Assembly: GCA_002269645.1 (NCBI GenBank)
Contig: NIVC01000037.1
Location: 434,001-498,000 of the forward strand
Reading direction: 5' to 3'
Length of the DNA: 64,000 bases
Source of the DNA: Macrostomum lignano
Taxonomy: Eukaryota
The translations under genes were made by a program, and so were the position numbers. Positions within the stretch are counted from its first letter, which is position 1. The number at the start of each line of letters is the position of its first letter. Shown one piece after another: positions 51,959 through 64,000 of the stretch. The notes under the pieces were generated by a model that was not told the origin of the DNA, did not search any database, and worked only from the letters and a program-made list of their open reading frames with translations.

Positions 51959-53434
51959 AAGATTTTCAGTCTTGTTTCATGGTGATTAAAGCCAATGGCG
52001 ATCGATCATGCTCTTGCACTAATGCTGACATATTGGAAGCTGCGGCTGGGACACTCTGTGCCCTGCCAAGCTTGTAGCAGCAACAACAACAGAAGCATCT
52101 TTCTGGACTTTCTCTTCCCCTTTCTCCCCTCTAGGCTACTCTGTGCGTCTGCTTTCTGGCCAGGGGGGGGGGGGAGGGCACACGATTGCTTAGCGTGCAA
52201 TCAATATTCACAACCCCGCCACTTCACAGCAAGCTATGGGATGAAGAAGTGCTTCTAAAAAAATTGTGCTTCAATGTCTTTTCCCCGGGAGCAAATCCTC
52301 CTCTCGCGCACTCTTCAGAGCTTTCTCTTGCATAGTTAGTTGACTTTGAGATGGCATTGAAGCTTGTAATTAGTCCTAATTCTATCAATCCCATTTGCGA
52401 TATATTATATTATTCTCCTTGACTCCCATTGCTTAATGATGCATGATTGACAGGAGCATTGCTGGCTTAATTTGGTGAGCACCTTTAAAGCGACTGCTTG
52501 ATGAGCGAACGCCCACGAGACCCCAGTCTACAGGTGCTGCAGAAGAACTCTCTTCAGCATTCTAAAGTTTATTTTGCATGCATAGAATGCCTGTCTGAAG
52601 GACTATTGCATTTAAGCCATGTCTTGTGTGAGCAGAGCATTCTGAGCAAACAGTGCTCATGGATAGCCAACACCTACGCAGCTGCATTTGTACTTTTGGC
52701 AAGGAAATTTCAACTCTCTCAATTATAATGCGCGACAGCTTTTCTCTTGCACTGCTGTCCGCTTAGCTTTATCTACAGCATTTAGTCCTCGGCTCTATGA
52801 GAAAGTCACTTTGCGGGCAAATATGTCGCGTCAAAAGGCTGAGCCCGTCCCCTCACGGCCTCTTGGCTCGCTTGTTTGCCAGTCTATTAAGTAGGACAGA
52901 ATACCAAGTCGCTAGCGGACCAAACTATAGTGGAATCGAAGGCAAAATCTTTTTTGACAATCGGATATTTGAGATTATTGCTTTGCCTACTCCTTGGCTT
53001 GGAGTCTCTCTGAGCAGTTCGCCTGCCTGCTCCACCGGATGTCGAATGGGCGGGGCCTTGGAGCCCTGCCGTCCTGCCTCTGGGAGTTAAATATGGGATC
53101 AGAACTGGGGCACCGGAGAGGCGGTTCGTGTGTGTGTGTGTTTTCTATCATGCACCGAACTAGAGGATCTGCGGAGCCCCCCACTCAATCTTAGTCTTCC
53201 TGTCCTGACTGCGCAGTGCACGCGGGGCAGCTCGCATAGCGGCTTGACCGAAAGCAGAGCGCGGTTCATTAATTCGCCGCAGGAGCAGGAAGCGGCTCGG
53301 TTTTAGTGAGGCAAGCAAGTGGGCTTGAGAAATATCCCCTCCCCCTGATTTGCTTCCCAACTTCCTGGGATGCGGGATTTGGAACATTTTTTTGCGCTGG
53401 AAAGTGACTGCTAGCTAAGTATTGAGTAGCTAGA

Positions 53435-53625
53435 AGAGGGAGACAGAAGAGAGGGAGACGAGAGAGGGAGACAGAAGAGAGGGAGACAGAAGAGAGGGAG
53501 ACAGAAGAGAGGGAGACGAGAGAGGGAGACAGAAGAGAGGGAGACAGAAGAGAGGGAGACAGAAGATAGGGAGACAGAAGAGAGAGAGACAGAAGAGAGG
53601 GAAACAGGAGAGAGGGAAACCTGAG
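53435..53625. repeat. 15-bp purine-rich repeat
   Basis: gaagagagggagaca. Confidence 0.85.
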
Positions 53626-54724
53626 AGAAAGATAAAAGGGAAGGAGACGGAGAAGAAAATAAGCAAGCAAGAGAAGATGGAGACACATGTTACGATGAGG
53701 GATGGAGGCTTGCTGGGACGGCAGGGGTCAGGTAGAAAGGCAGGAGAAACAGAAGACGCGCGGAGCGCACTTACCCCCCCCCCCCTATTATTGGCGACAG
53801 CGAGACGGTTCGGTCAATCTCAAAGGATTTTTTATTGAGAACAAGCCGCCTCTGAGGCAGGGGGAATGGCTCAGGGTGAGGCGTGGGCTACGCCGGGCTA
53901 CCCCCCCCCCTCACTGTTGCCAATAGGTCATAAAAACGTCTCCTTTTCTCCTCGCTGCCAGCCAATCTGCCCATATATTTCTAACAAAATACAATGCGCA
54001 CAAAAAAACATGCATGCAGGGCCACGCGCTTGAGTCTGAGAGAGAGAGAGAGAGAGAGAGATCGGAGGCGGCCGTGAGTCATGCGAGGTCAACTAAAACA
54101 CAACACTGTGCAGGACACGACCACTCTGCCAGCTTATTACATTCACTGGCGCGCACACACTGGAGAGACTCGCGAACAAACACTGGGAGAGAGCAGGACC
54201 GTCATCGTTCGACCGCGGCGGGGGGGGGGGGGCACAAGGGCGAGGACTGGGGTCAGCCGCCAACGAGACAGAAATATGCAAAGGAAGTGCCGCCAATGCC
54301 TTGGGAAGATTATGGCTGCCATCCTATTCCCAGCTAACTCCTTTTGTTGCTTTATGGCTAAGCCCGCAGATGGGAACTCCGAATAGAGAAATGAAAAACT
54401 CTTTCATTCTAAATTTACAAAATGACAGTCTCTCATTGCAAAAAACTCAATTAGATTCCTGTTCAAATTGTAGCACATTCAAATCGACATATTTTAATAA
54501 ATTATACTAACTACGAAGCCGGGGGTGCTAAATACAAAAGCGAGTACAAACGAGGTAGTAAACTTTTCTAAGAATCCAGTGCAGATCGATGTACATAGGC
54601 AATGTACACCAGTCAACGACGCCTCCCCTCCTCCTTCCACTTATCTCTCTCACCCTAGCTGATCGCTGATTGGCTGGCAGTTCGCCACTGTGTCCCTCCA
54701 CCACCCCGCACAGCGTGAACTCAC

Positions 54725-55088
54725 CCAGTTTCTCATCTTTCCGGCAATCGAGCCGGGCCACGCCGAAGCCCGGATCGCCTTTGTCGTCGTAGCGGTCAAC
54801 CACGAACTCCCAATAGTGCACGCCATGCGAGAATCCCACTGTACAGACGGCTACGCGCTCCTCCAACGAGGTTGACGTCACGGACATGCCCTGGTTGGTG
54901 AACACCAGATCCGGGTGCGAGTCCTCCGGCGAGAACTGGAAGAACGCTCGACCAGCGGTGCGCAATTTGACGAAGTCGCTGCTGTCGGACTCGCCCGCCG
55001 AGTTGTGCGCCCTCACCCGGGCCTGATAGACTGTGTCGAACTGCAGGCCTTGCACGCAGCACACCGTCTCCTGACCGCGGTAGCAGCG
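54725..55088 (-). CDS. TRIM9: TRIM9/67-like exon (end of FN3, start of SPRY)
   Basis: [28 protein letters not shown]...[17 protein letters not shown]...DPGFGVAR; splice sites CATCAG and G|GTGAGT. Confidence 0.9.
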
Positions 55089-55127
55089 CTGATGGCATTG
55101 CAATGGGTGAGGGAGTGAGCAATGAGA

Positions 55128-55400
55128 CGGTTACAGCAGTGTCCTTAACTGAACCGGTTACAGCAGTGTCCTTAACTGAACCGGTTACAGCAGTGTCCTT
55201 AACTGAACCGGTTACAGCAGTGTCCTTAACAACACCGGTTACAGCAGTGTCCTTAACTACACCGGTTACAGCAGTGTCCTTAACTACACCGGTTACAGCA
55301 GTGTCCTTAACAACACCGGTTACAGCAGTGTCCTTAACTACACCGGTTACAGCAGTGTCCTTGACCGAACCGGCTACAGCAGTATCTCCAACAGAACCAT
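55128..55400. repeat. 27-bp tandem repeat
   Basis: ggttacagcagtgtccttaactacacc. Confidence 0.9.
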
Positions 55401-56170
55401 TGTCCCTATCTTGCGACTCGAACAGCCAACTACTAAAACCTAGTGCATTGAATATTTTATTCAGCAACCAATTTAAAATAAAATGAGCTTCAAAAGTGAA
55501 ATGTACTTTTGCATAGGCAGACACGCGAGCTGACTATCGATTAGTGCCGCTCTCTCTCTGCGACAATAAGCGAGAAACGTGAGAAAAGGCTGCTTCTGAA
55601 AAAAAAGAAGAATTCAGGGGAACTATCCAGGTCAATAGGGTGAGTCCCTGCGTCCCCCTCTGTCACGCGAGCTTCAAGGGGTTGGGATTGCTTTTCTCAC
55701 AACGCTACGAGCAGTGCCCTGCTGCATCTGGGGTGCCGCTGTCAATCGTCTCAACAGTTCCTGCTCATCAGGAGCGCTTGAGCTTCGACCCGTGACCAGT
55801 TCATGATTTTCTCCTCCTTCTCTGTCTCAGTTTCTTTCCATCAATTTTCTTCCCGCGAACCAGCGTTGGCACTACAGAAACTGTCTTAGAAATTGATTTT
55901 TCTGCACTTTGCTTTTTATCTCATTTCCCAGTCTGCCCGATCGGCCCAAGCATTGTCGGGAGGTGTAATTTCATCCCAATGGATAGAGGCTTGGTTTTCT
56001 GGCAATTGAAGTGAGTAGGCCGGATTAGTTTTGACAATTATTCTCAAAGGGCTGTAGCCTAGTGACAGGGGCTGTAGATTAGTGACAGCGTCTGTAGCCT
56101 AGTGACAGGGGCTGTAGCCTAGTGACAGGGGCTGTAGACTAGTGACAGCGTCTGTAGACTAGTGACAGCG

Positions 56171-56400
56171 TCTGTAGCCTAGTGGTTAGAGCGTCGAACT
56201 CACGACTGAAAGGTCGGGGTTCGATTCTCGACCTACTCGGAGTTCTTGAGCACTTGACACTTAACTCTGCATTGCTTCAGTTCACCCAGCTGTAAAATGG
56301 GTGCCAGCATTAGCTGGGGTAATTGAAGGCGTGTGTGGCGACTCCCCACCCCCAAGTTCTTGAACTGAACAGCCGTACGCAGCCTTCAGATGCGCCGCGC
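56171..56400 (+). mobile_element. tRNA-derived SINE family B
   Basis: A box TAGCCTAGTGG, B box GGTTCGATTCT, followed by gacacttaactctgcattgcttcagttcacccagctgtaaaatggg (conserved-core-like); preceded by 20-bp tandem copies of its A-box region at about 56050-56170. Confidence 0.75.
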
Positions 56401-57305
56401 AATAGCTGCGACTGAGCTGTCGGTTGCACATCTGGCCATTGCCCATTATTTGATACTTTTATTTTTATGCTCGATGGTTAATACAGCATTATCTGCCAGT
56501 CAGCAAGTCTGAAGCCAAAAAAGGCGTGTAGATTACAGAAAGTTCATAGCTCGGGTAGAACTCCACTTGAAAGAGAAAGTGAGCTGGCAGGAGCGACTGC
56601 TGCTGTTTTTAGAATGCTCTGGCTTAAGTGGAGATTTTTTTGTGGAGCAACTTGGTTGCTATGGGGAAAGCAACCCCAGCTGTTTAGTGAGTGGCTGTTG
56701 AGCTCCTTTTTTCTGTGCTAAGAGGCCAACTGTCAGTTAAAAAGCGTTCAAGTTCCGACTGACACAAATAGCTTGTCTGCGCTGACTGTTTTACTTGTTT
56801 CTTCAGTAACTTTGTTGCAATCTTCAAACTGCTGATTGACTGCCAGCAAAATTCAGAGTTTGCGTGACGACTATTTACTTAATCCTGTGTCCTGAATAAT
56901 GAAGCTTAGCAAATCGATCAATCAGTGGCCGGATTTTGTGTTAGTTTCATAATAAATTTGAATTTACTTACTGAAGATGCATAGTTTCATATTTATATCG
57001 GTAATCTCTTAATTAATGAGGTCGGACACGGGTAGACAATAGCGGCCACCTCGTGGGCATTCTAGAACTTTGAAATTTTCTGCCTCCCATGTATTCTAAA
57101 TCAAAACAGACGCATCAGCAACCCCGCCCCCTCCACATGAAAACACGCTTAAGGGATAGAAAGTATGGAAACCAGTTCAATCGATTTTTCTAAAAATGCG
57201 CATGGCTCCCGAGTATTGATCGCTTTCCCTCTTCTCTCTGTGGAGGCCATCTAATCTATTTTTAGAATTAGTAGTGTACAATTGATCAGTAGAAATCTTT
57301 TTTTA

Positions 57306-57722
<417 letters not shown>

Positions 57723-58154
57723 CTATAAGTCGCGCTGAGGAGTGATGCTTTAAACTAAAATCATCTTCAAGTGAAGGCAAAAGAACTTTGTAGAAGGTAA
57801 CTCAAAATAGATTGAATTAAACACTGGGAAAGCTTTCATAAATAATGGAGCTGAAAAAAAATCCGTGAAAACTGACACAGCTGCGTACCAGTGCGCTAAG
57901 AAAAGAAATAGGCAATTATTGTAATAAAAAATGAACTAAATGTACAACGATACGCGTCGTAGTGTACATTTACTAGCGAAATCTGGCTTAATCTCGTGCA
58001 ATTGTACAAACCTTGACCGTTCCGTTCGTCAGGCTCTGTTTTTGTGCTCGATTCTTGATCTGGCATTTCGTTACGGTGATGTTTCGGCAAAACTTTTTGA
58101 CGAATATAAGCAAGGAAGTCAGGGGATAAAAGTCATCCATGATGTCTCAGGGGT

Positions 58155-58500
58155 GTGGAGTGAGTTGGCTGTGGAGTGAGGTGGGTGTGGAGTGAGATGG
58201 TTGTGGAGTGAGGTGGGTGTGGAGTGAGGTGGGTGTGGAGTGAGGTGGGTGTGGAGTGAGATGGTTGCGGAGTGAGGTGGGTGTGGAGTGAGGTGGGTAT
58301 GGAGTGAGTTGGCTGTGGAGTGAGGTGGGTGTGGAGTGAGGTGGGTGTGGAGTGAGGTGGGTATGGAGTGAGGTGGGTGTGGAGTGAGGTGGGTATGGAG
58401 TGAGGTGGGTGGGGAGTGAGGTGGGTGTGGAGTGAGGTGGGTGGGGAGTGAGGTGGGTGGGGAGTTAGGTGGGTATGGAGTGAGGTGGGTGTGGAGTCAC
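58155..58500. repeat. 16-bp G-rich repeat
   Basis: ggagtgaggtgggtgt. Confidence 0.9.
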
Positions 58501-58604
58501 GGGGTCTGGACTGATGAGGCTCTTCTTTAAATATGTGATTATTCGGTGTTTGTCAGCGAATCTCAAGCACATTTTAAAATTATTTATCAACAAGTATTGT
58601 ACTA

Positions 58605-58808
<204 letters not shown>

Positions 58809-58914
58809 TTAAAAAAATCACGTGCGGTTGAAAGTCGCAATGCTAGTGCTACAGAACCACATTGTTCTGCGGAAATTGCAGGGTACTTAGGCTACACCCA
58901 CTCCAGAAATTTCC

Positions 58915-59410
58915 AAGGTCACAGCTAATACCAAGTATCTGCAAGGAAATTTTCAATGTCACAGCCAATTTTCACAAGGAAATCTCCAAGGTCACAGCTA
59001 ATGTTGCAAGGAAATTTCCAAGGTCACAGCTAATGTTGCAAGGAAATTTCCAAGGTCACAGCTAATGCTGCAAGGAAATTTCCAAGGTCACAGCTAATGT
59101 TGCAAGGGAATTTCCAAGGTCACAGCTAATACTGCAAGGAAATTTCCAAGGTCACAGCTAATGTTGCAAGGAAATTTCCAAGGTCACAGATAATGTCCGT
59201 AAGAAAATCTTCAAGGTCACAGCTAATGCTGCAAGGAAATTTCCAAGGTCACAGCTAATGTTGCAAGGGAATTTCCAAGGTCACAGCTAATACTGCAAGG
59301 AAATTTCCAAGGTCACAGCTAATGTTGCAAGGAAATTTCCAAGGTCACAGATAATGTCCGTAAGAAAATCTTCAAGGTCACAGCTAATGTTGCAAGGAAA
59401 CTTCCAAGGT
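58915..59410. repeat. 32-bp tandem repeat
   Basis: caaggtcacagctaatgttgcaaggaaatttc. Confidence 0.9.
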
Positions 59411-59433
59411 CATAACTTAAACAAACGACCAAC

Positions 59434-59667
59434 CAAAAGGAAGGCGCCTGGATCAGTCTCCTTGAGCATCTCGACGCAGAACTGCAGCAGGCTGGTCGTC
59501 CTGGCCAGCACAGTGGCGCAACGGGTCGCTTGGTCGCGCGTCACGCGGAGCTTGTGCTCCCGCTCCGACTGCAGCTGGGCCAGCATCAGCTGCTTCTTGG
59601 CCAGCAGTGCCTCAACTAGACTGTCAAATTGCTCGCTGATGCTGGTGGACAGAGCCTCGCAGCTGGT
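59434..59667 (-). CDS. TRIM9: TRIM9/67-like exon (coiled coil)
   Basis: EREHKLRVTRDQ...TTSLLQFCVEMLKETDPGAFL matches TRIM9 EHEHKLKVVRDQ...[21 protein letters not shown]. Confidence 0.9.
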
Positions 59668-60351
59668 CTGAAAGTGATGTGAAGGTTGGATCTTTCTAGT
59701 CATAATAATATTTTTTTTCAAAATTGTCAAAGTTAAACTGGGGGAGGTGGGGTGTTATTTTAGCTTCCAGTCCACCGGCGCTAAATGTCTAGAGGTCCCT
59801 GGCGGAGGTAGAACACGGCCAGCCAGCCAGGCTGCTCTCTCTCTCTCTCTCCCTCTTTCTCTCTCTCTATTTTTCTGTCCTTCTCCAGCTCAAGAGGACC
59901 CCGACGGATGCAGGACCCCAGCCAGCTCCCGGTCCAGCCTCCGCTCTCCTACTTGGCCCCGGCAACTGCGCTTCATCGTGCAACTGACACGCCAGCTGAG
60001 TAAGAAGGAGAGTTCTCCACTATTCATTCTCCACTTCTTATTTTGAGCTGCAGCTAGCTAGCAGAAAAAACCGCTTTTGAAGAGAAAAACCTGCCTGCAC
60101 TGCGCTGGGCGAGAGAGGCAGCTGAGCTGGGCGAGAAGGAGGCTGGGAGGGCGATGGGGAACGACAAGAATTGCCGGAGCGTTGCGGAGTTTCTAAGGTG
60201 AAAGAGGTAGCCAAGCTGCTTGGTTGGTAAGGAATTTAAGCTGCAGTGTGGACTTCTACGTTTGAGCTGAATAAACTGTCTGGGGATGTTTCAGCTGAGG
60301 AGTAGCTGCAGTGGCAATCAATAATGTTGATTTGCTGTTTAAAACCGTTTT

Positions 60352-60915
<564 letters not shown>

Positions 60916-60926
60916 GCTATCAATTA

Positions 60927-60961
<35 letters not shown>

Positions 60962-60986
60962 TGCCGGCAGCCAGCCGCTGACTCAC

Positions 60987-61082
60987 CCGTATTTTGTCCG
61001 GACTGTTCTTCAACTGGTGATGAAACTCGGATCCTGATTTCGCCTTCTCCGACAGCGCCTGCAGCACCATGGACAGCTCGGT
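60987..61082 (-). CDS. TRIM9: TRIM9/67-like exon (start of coiled coil); upstream exons not found in the window
   Basis: TELSMVLQALSEKAKSGSEFHHQLKN resembles [26 protein letters not shown]; splice sites CCACAG and CGG|GTGAGT; 96 nt. Confidence 0.85.
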
Positions 61083-61879
61083 CTGTGGGAAAAGTCGAGT
61101 TGCGATAAACAGATTCGGCACCAATCGCAGGTGTATCAGCTGCCACAAATACGCAGAAATAATCAGAAGCAAGAGAAAAAATAGTGCGATTGCATAGCGC
61201 AGAAGTTGACAGCAGCCAGCAATGGAGTGAAAAATTCCAACAATTCCAAACTTAGGTGGAAACAAAGACCAGTATTAGAGAAAGTGACAAATACAGAGCA
61301 CTCAAATTGCGACACAAAGACCTACTTATTGTTTTTCTATCGGAAATGGCGCAAAACTCCAGTGCCATGTGCAGGGAACAATGCTATCTCCTCTATTTGT
61401 GAGATGCCCCAGGGGCGCACTTGAAGCAGTTTGAGATGGCGGTTTGAAGTGAAGAATTTTTGCTGATCAAAGCAATGAGGAGGACCCGTGGGCCCGACTA
61501 CAAAGACCCGCCACCTGATCCGCTCCATCTCCTCACTTCATTGCATTCTCTCGCATTGCTCAGCAGTTCTGAGCCCAGGGCCTTTCCAACTGGTTTTTTT
61601 ATTTCATTGTTTTCTGTCAAGCGCTTTGCCAAAAAAGCAATTATATACAGGCCGAATTTTTTTTTTCATTTTGGCACCCACTTTTTTGGTCCCCAGTTCT
61701 CCCGTCCTTCTGGGTTTTTATTTAAACCCAGTGTCGCTCTGGCAAAGCTCTGCGGTTTTCCGGCTTTTTTATTCGGATGACAATGAGTCCGGCTTTGGTA
61801 TGGGGAGCAGCTGGCTTTTAAACTGATAGTTTCCCAGGATATTCTTCCCGTCTCATTCTTTGACAGCTATTGACAGTAT

Positions 61880-62405
61880 ATTGATAATCCCGAAATTTGA
61901 TAGTCTCAAATATTGATAATCCCGAAATTTGATAGTCTCAAATATTGATAATCCCGAAATTTGATAGTCTCAAATATTGATAATCCCGAAATTTGATAGT
62001 CTCAAATATTGATAATCCCGAAATTTGATAGTCTCAAATATTGATAATCCCGAAATTTGATAATCCCGAAATTTGATAGTCTCAAATATTGATAATCCCG
62101 AAATTTGATAGTCTCAAATATTAATAATCCCGAAACTTGATAATCCCGAAACTTGATAACACCAAATAATGATAATCCCGAAGTTTGATAATCCCGAAAC
62201 TTGAGAATCCCGAAACTTGATAGTCCTGAAACTTGATAGTTCTGAAACTTGAGAATCCCGAAACTTGAGAATCCCGAAACTTGATAGTTCTGAAACTTGA
62301 GAATCCCGAAACTTGATAGTCCTGAAACTTGATAATCCCGAAACTTGATAGTCCTGAAACTTGATAATCTCAAAACTTGATAATCTCAAAACTTGATAAT
62401 CTCGA
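61880..62405. repeat. 16/32-bp tandem repeat
   Basis: gataatcccgaaatttgatagtctcaaatatt, then tgataatcccgaaact-type units. Confidence 0.9.
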
Positions 62406-62871
62406 AACTGGAGTACCAGAAGGTAGCAGAGTAAGCTAAGTAATAACATGGTCAATATTTAATCGAAAACAACTTCTTTGGGAGTCTGAAAACTTAGAAA
62501 AGTTGATTCTGAACTTCTGCCTTTGCATGTTGCAGATTAGCAATTATAAATAGGCAAAGACTGACCAATGGTAAAGGGTAGCAATTAAGGAAATTTTCCC
62601 CGCAAGATTGAGAGGCATCCCAAAATGAAAGCGTAGTCGGAGTGTGATCTTCTTCCTCATCTTTTGTCAGCTCAAAGAAAGCTCAGACTCTTTTTCAAGA
62701 GAGATTCTGCTTCTGCAACTGTGTGCAGTAATTGCAGGTCAGTCAGTAAAAATGCCTGGCCTCTGTGCTAGAGCGAACGGTAAGCACAGTTTCTGAACAA
62801 AGACTCACTTTACTTTACTTTGTTGCATTCGAACTGATTTGGTTGCAAAATATAGAAACAATTGGATAGCT

Positions 62872-63790
62872 TTCACAAGCTATAAACTCCACAAGCTATA
62901 AACTCCACAAGCTATAAACTCCACAAGCTATAAACTCCACAAGCTATAAACTTCACAGGCTATAAACTCCACAAGCTATAAACTCCACAAGCTATAAACT
63001 GCACAAGCTATAAACTCCACAAGCTATAAACTCCACAAGCTATAAACTGCACAAGCTATAAACTCCACAAGCTATAAACTCCACAAGCTATAAACTCCAC
63101 AAGCTATAAACTTCACAGGCTATAAACTCCACAAGCTATAAACTCCACAAGCTATAAACTGCACAAGCTATAAACTCCACAAGCTATAAACTCCACAAGC
63201 TATAAACTTCACAAGCTATAAACTCCACAAGCTATAAACTCCACAAGCTATAAACTGCACAAGCTATAAACTGCACAGGCTATAAACTCCACAAGCTATA
63301 AACTCCACAAGCTATAAACTGCACAAGCTATAAACTCCACAAGCTATAAACTCCACAAGCTATAAACTTCACAAGCTATAAACTCCACAAGCTATAAACT
63401 TCACAAGCTATAAACTCCACAAGCTATAAACTTCACAAGCTATAAACTCCACAAGCTATAAACTCCACAAGCTATAAACTGCACAAGCTATAATCTTCAC
63501 AAGCTATAATCTTCACAAGCTATAAACTCCACAAGCTATAAACTGCACAAGCTATAATCTTCACAAGCTATAAACTTCACAAGCTATAAACTCCACAAGC
63601 TATAAACTCCACAAGCTATAAACTTCACAAGCTATAAACTTCACAAGCTATAAACTCCACAAGCTATAAACTCCACAAGCTTGAAACTGCACAAGCTATA
63701 AACTCCACAAGCTATAAACTTCACAGGCTTGAAACTGCACAAGCTATAAACTCCACAAGCTATAAACTTCACAGGCTATTAACTTCATAA
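62872..63790. repeat. 16-bp tandem repeat
   Basis: cacaagctataaactc. Confidence 0.95.
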
Positions 63791-64000
63791 ACTCGAAACT
63801 TCACAAGCCCGAAGCATCACAAGCCCGAAGCTTCACTTCACAAGCTTGGTAATTTACAATTTCGAAATATGAAGCTCTCCCCCTCCCCAAAACCCCTCCC
63901 CTCTGCAGAGAAAAAGGATTTGAGCAGCCGCTCAGAAATCGGGAAAACCGCATGGCATGAGTTCAATATGGATATGGAACCTCAGCCGAGATTTCAACGC

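Noticed and set aside
49099-56240. tRNA genes at 49.1 kb and 56.2 kb (also 23.9 kb)
   Set aside because: A and B boxes are present but the acceptor stem is not convincing, and they run into SINE bodies or are truncated; called SINE heads

Overview
Eukaryotic (metazoan) genomic DNA with GT-AG introns, GC3-rich exons and introns packed with tandem repeats. The style suggests a flatworm such as Macrostomum, but that is inference only. Reconstructed spliced genes: NT5C2 (+, 3 exons), Salvador/SAV1 (+, 3 exons), MMACHC/cblC (+, 2 exons, no genomic start codon found), an orphan class A GPCR (-, 2 exons), the 3' six exons of a TRIM9/67-like gene (-), and an unidentified minus-strand gene at the left edge. 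Mobile DNA includes two tRNA-derived SINE families, CCC-terminal MITEs with 3-bp TSDs, a hAT MITE with an 8-bp TSD and a 5'-truncated RNase H LINE. Most unusual: (1) an intron-containing superfamily-3 helicase gene (parvovirus NS1/CRESS Rep-like) at about 47.9-49.1 kb next to a perfect hairpin and iteron-like repeats; (2) an MMACHC ORF that begins at a splice acceptor lacking only Met, as expected if a spliced-leader AUG supplies the start; (3) a ~4 kb CpG-depleted block; (4) a kb-scale inverted 48-bp satellite. All coordinates and counts were read by eye; repeat boundaries are approximate.
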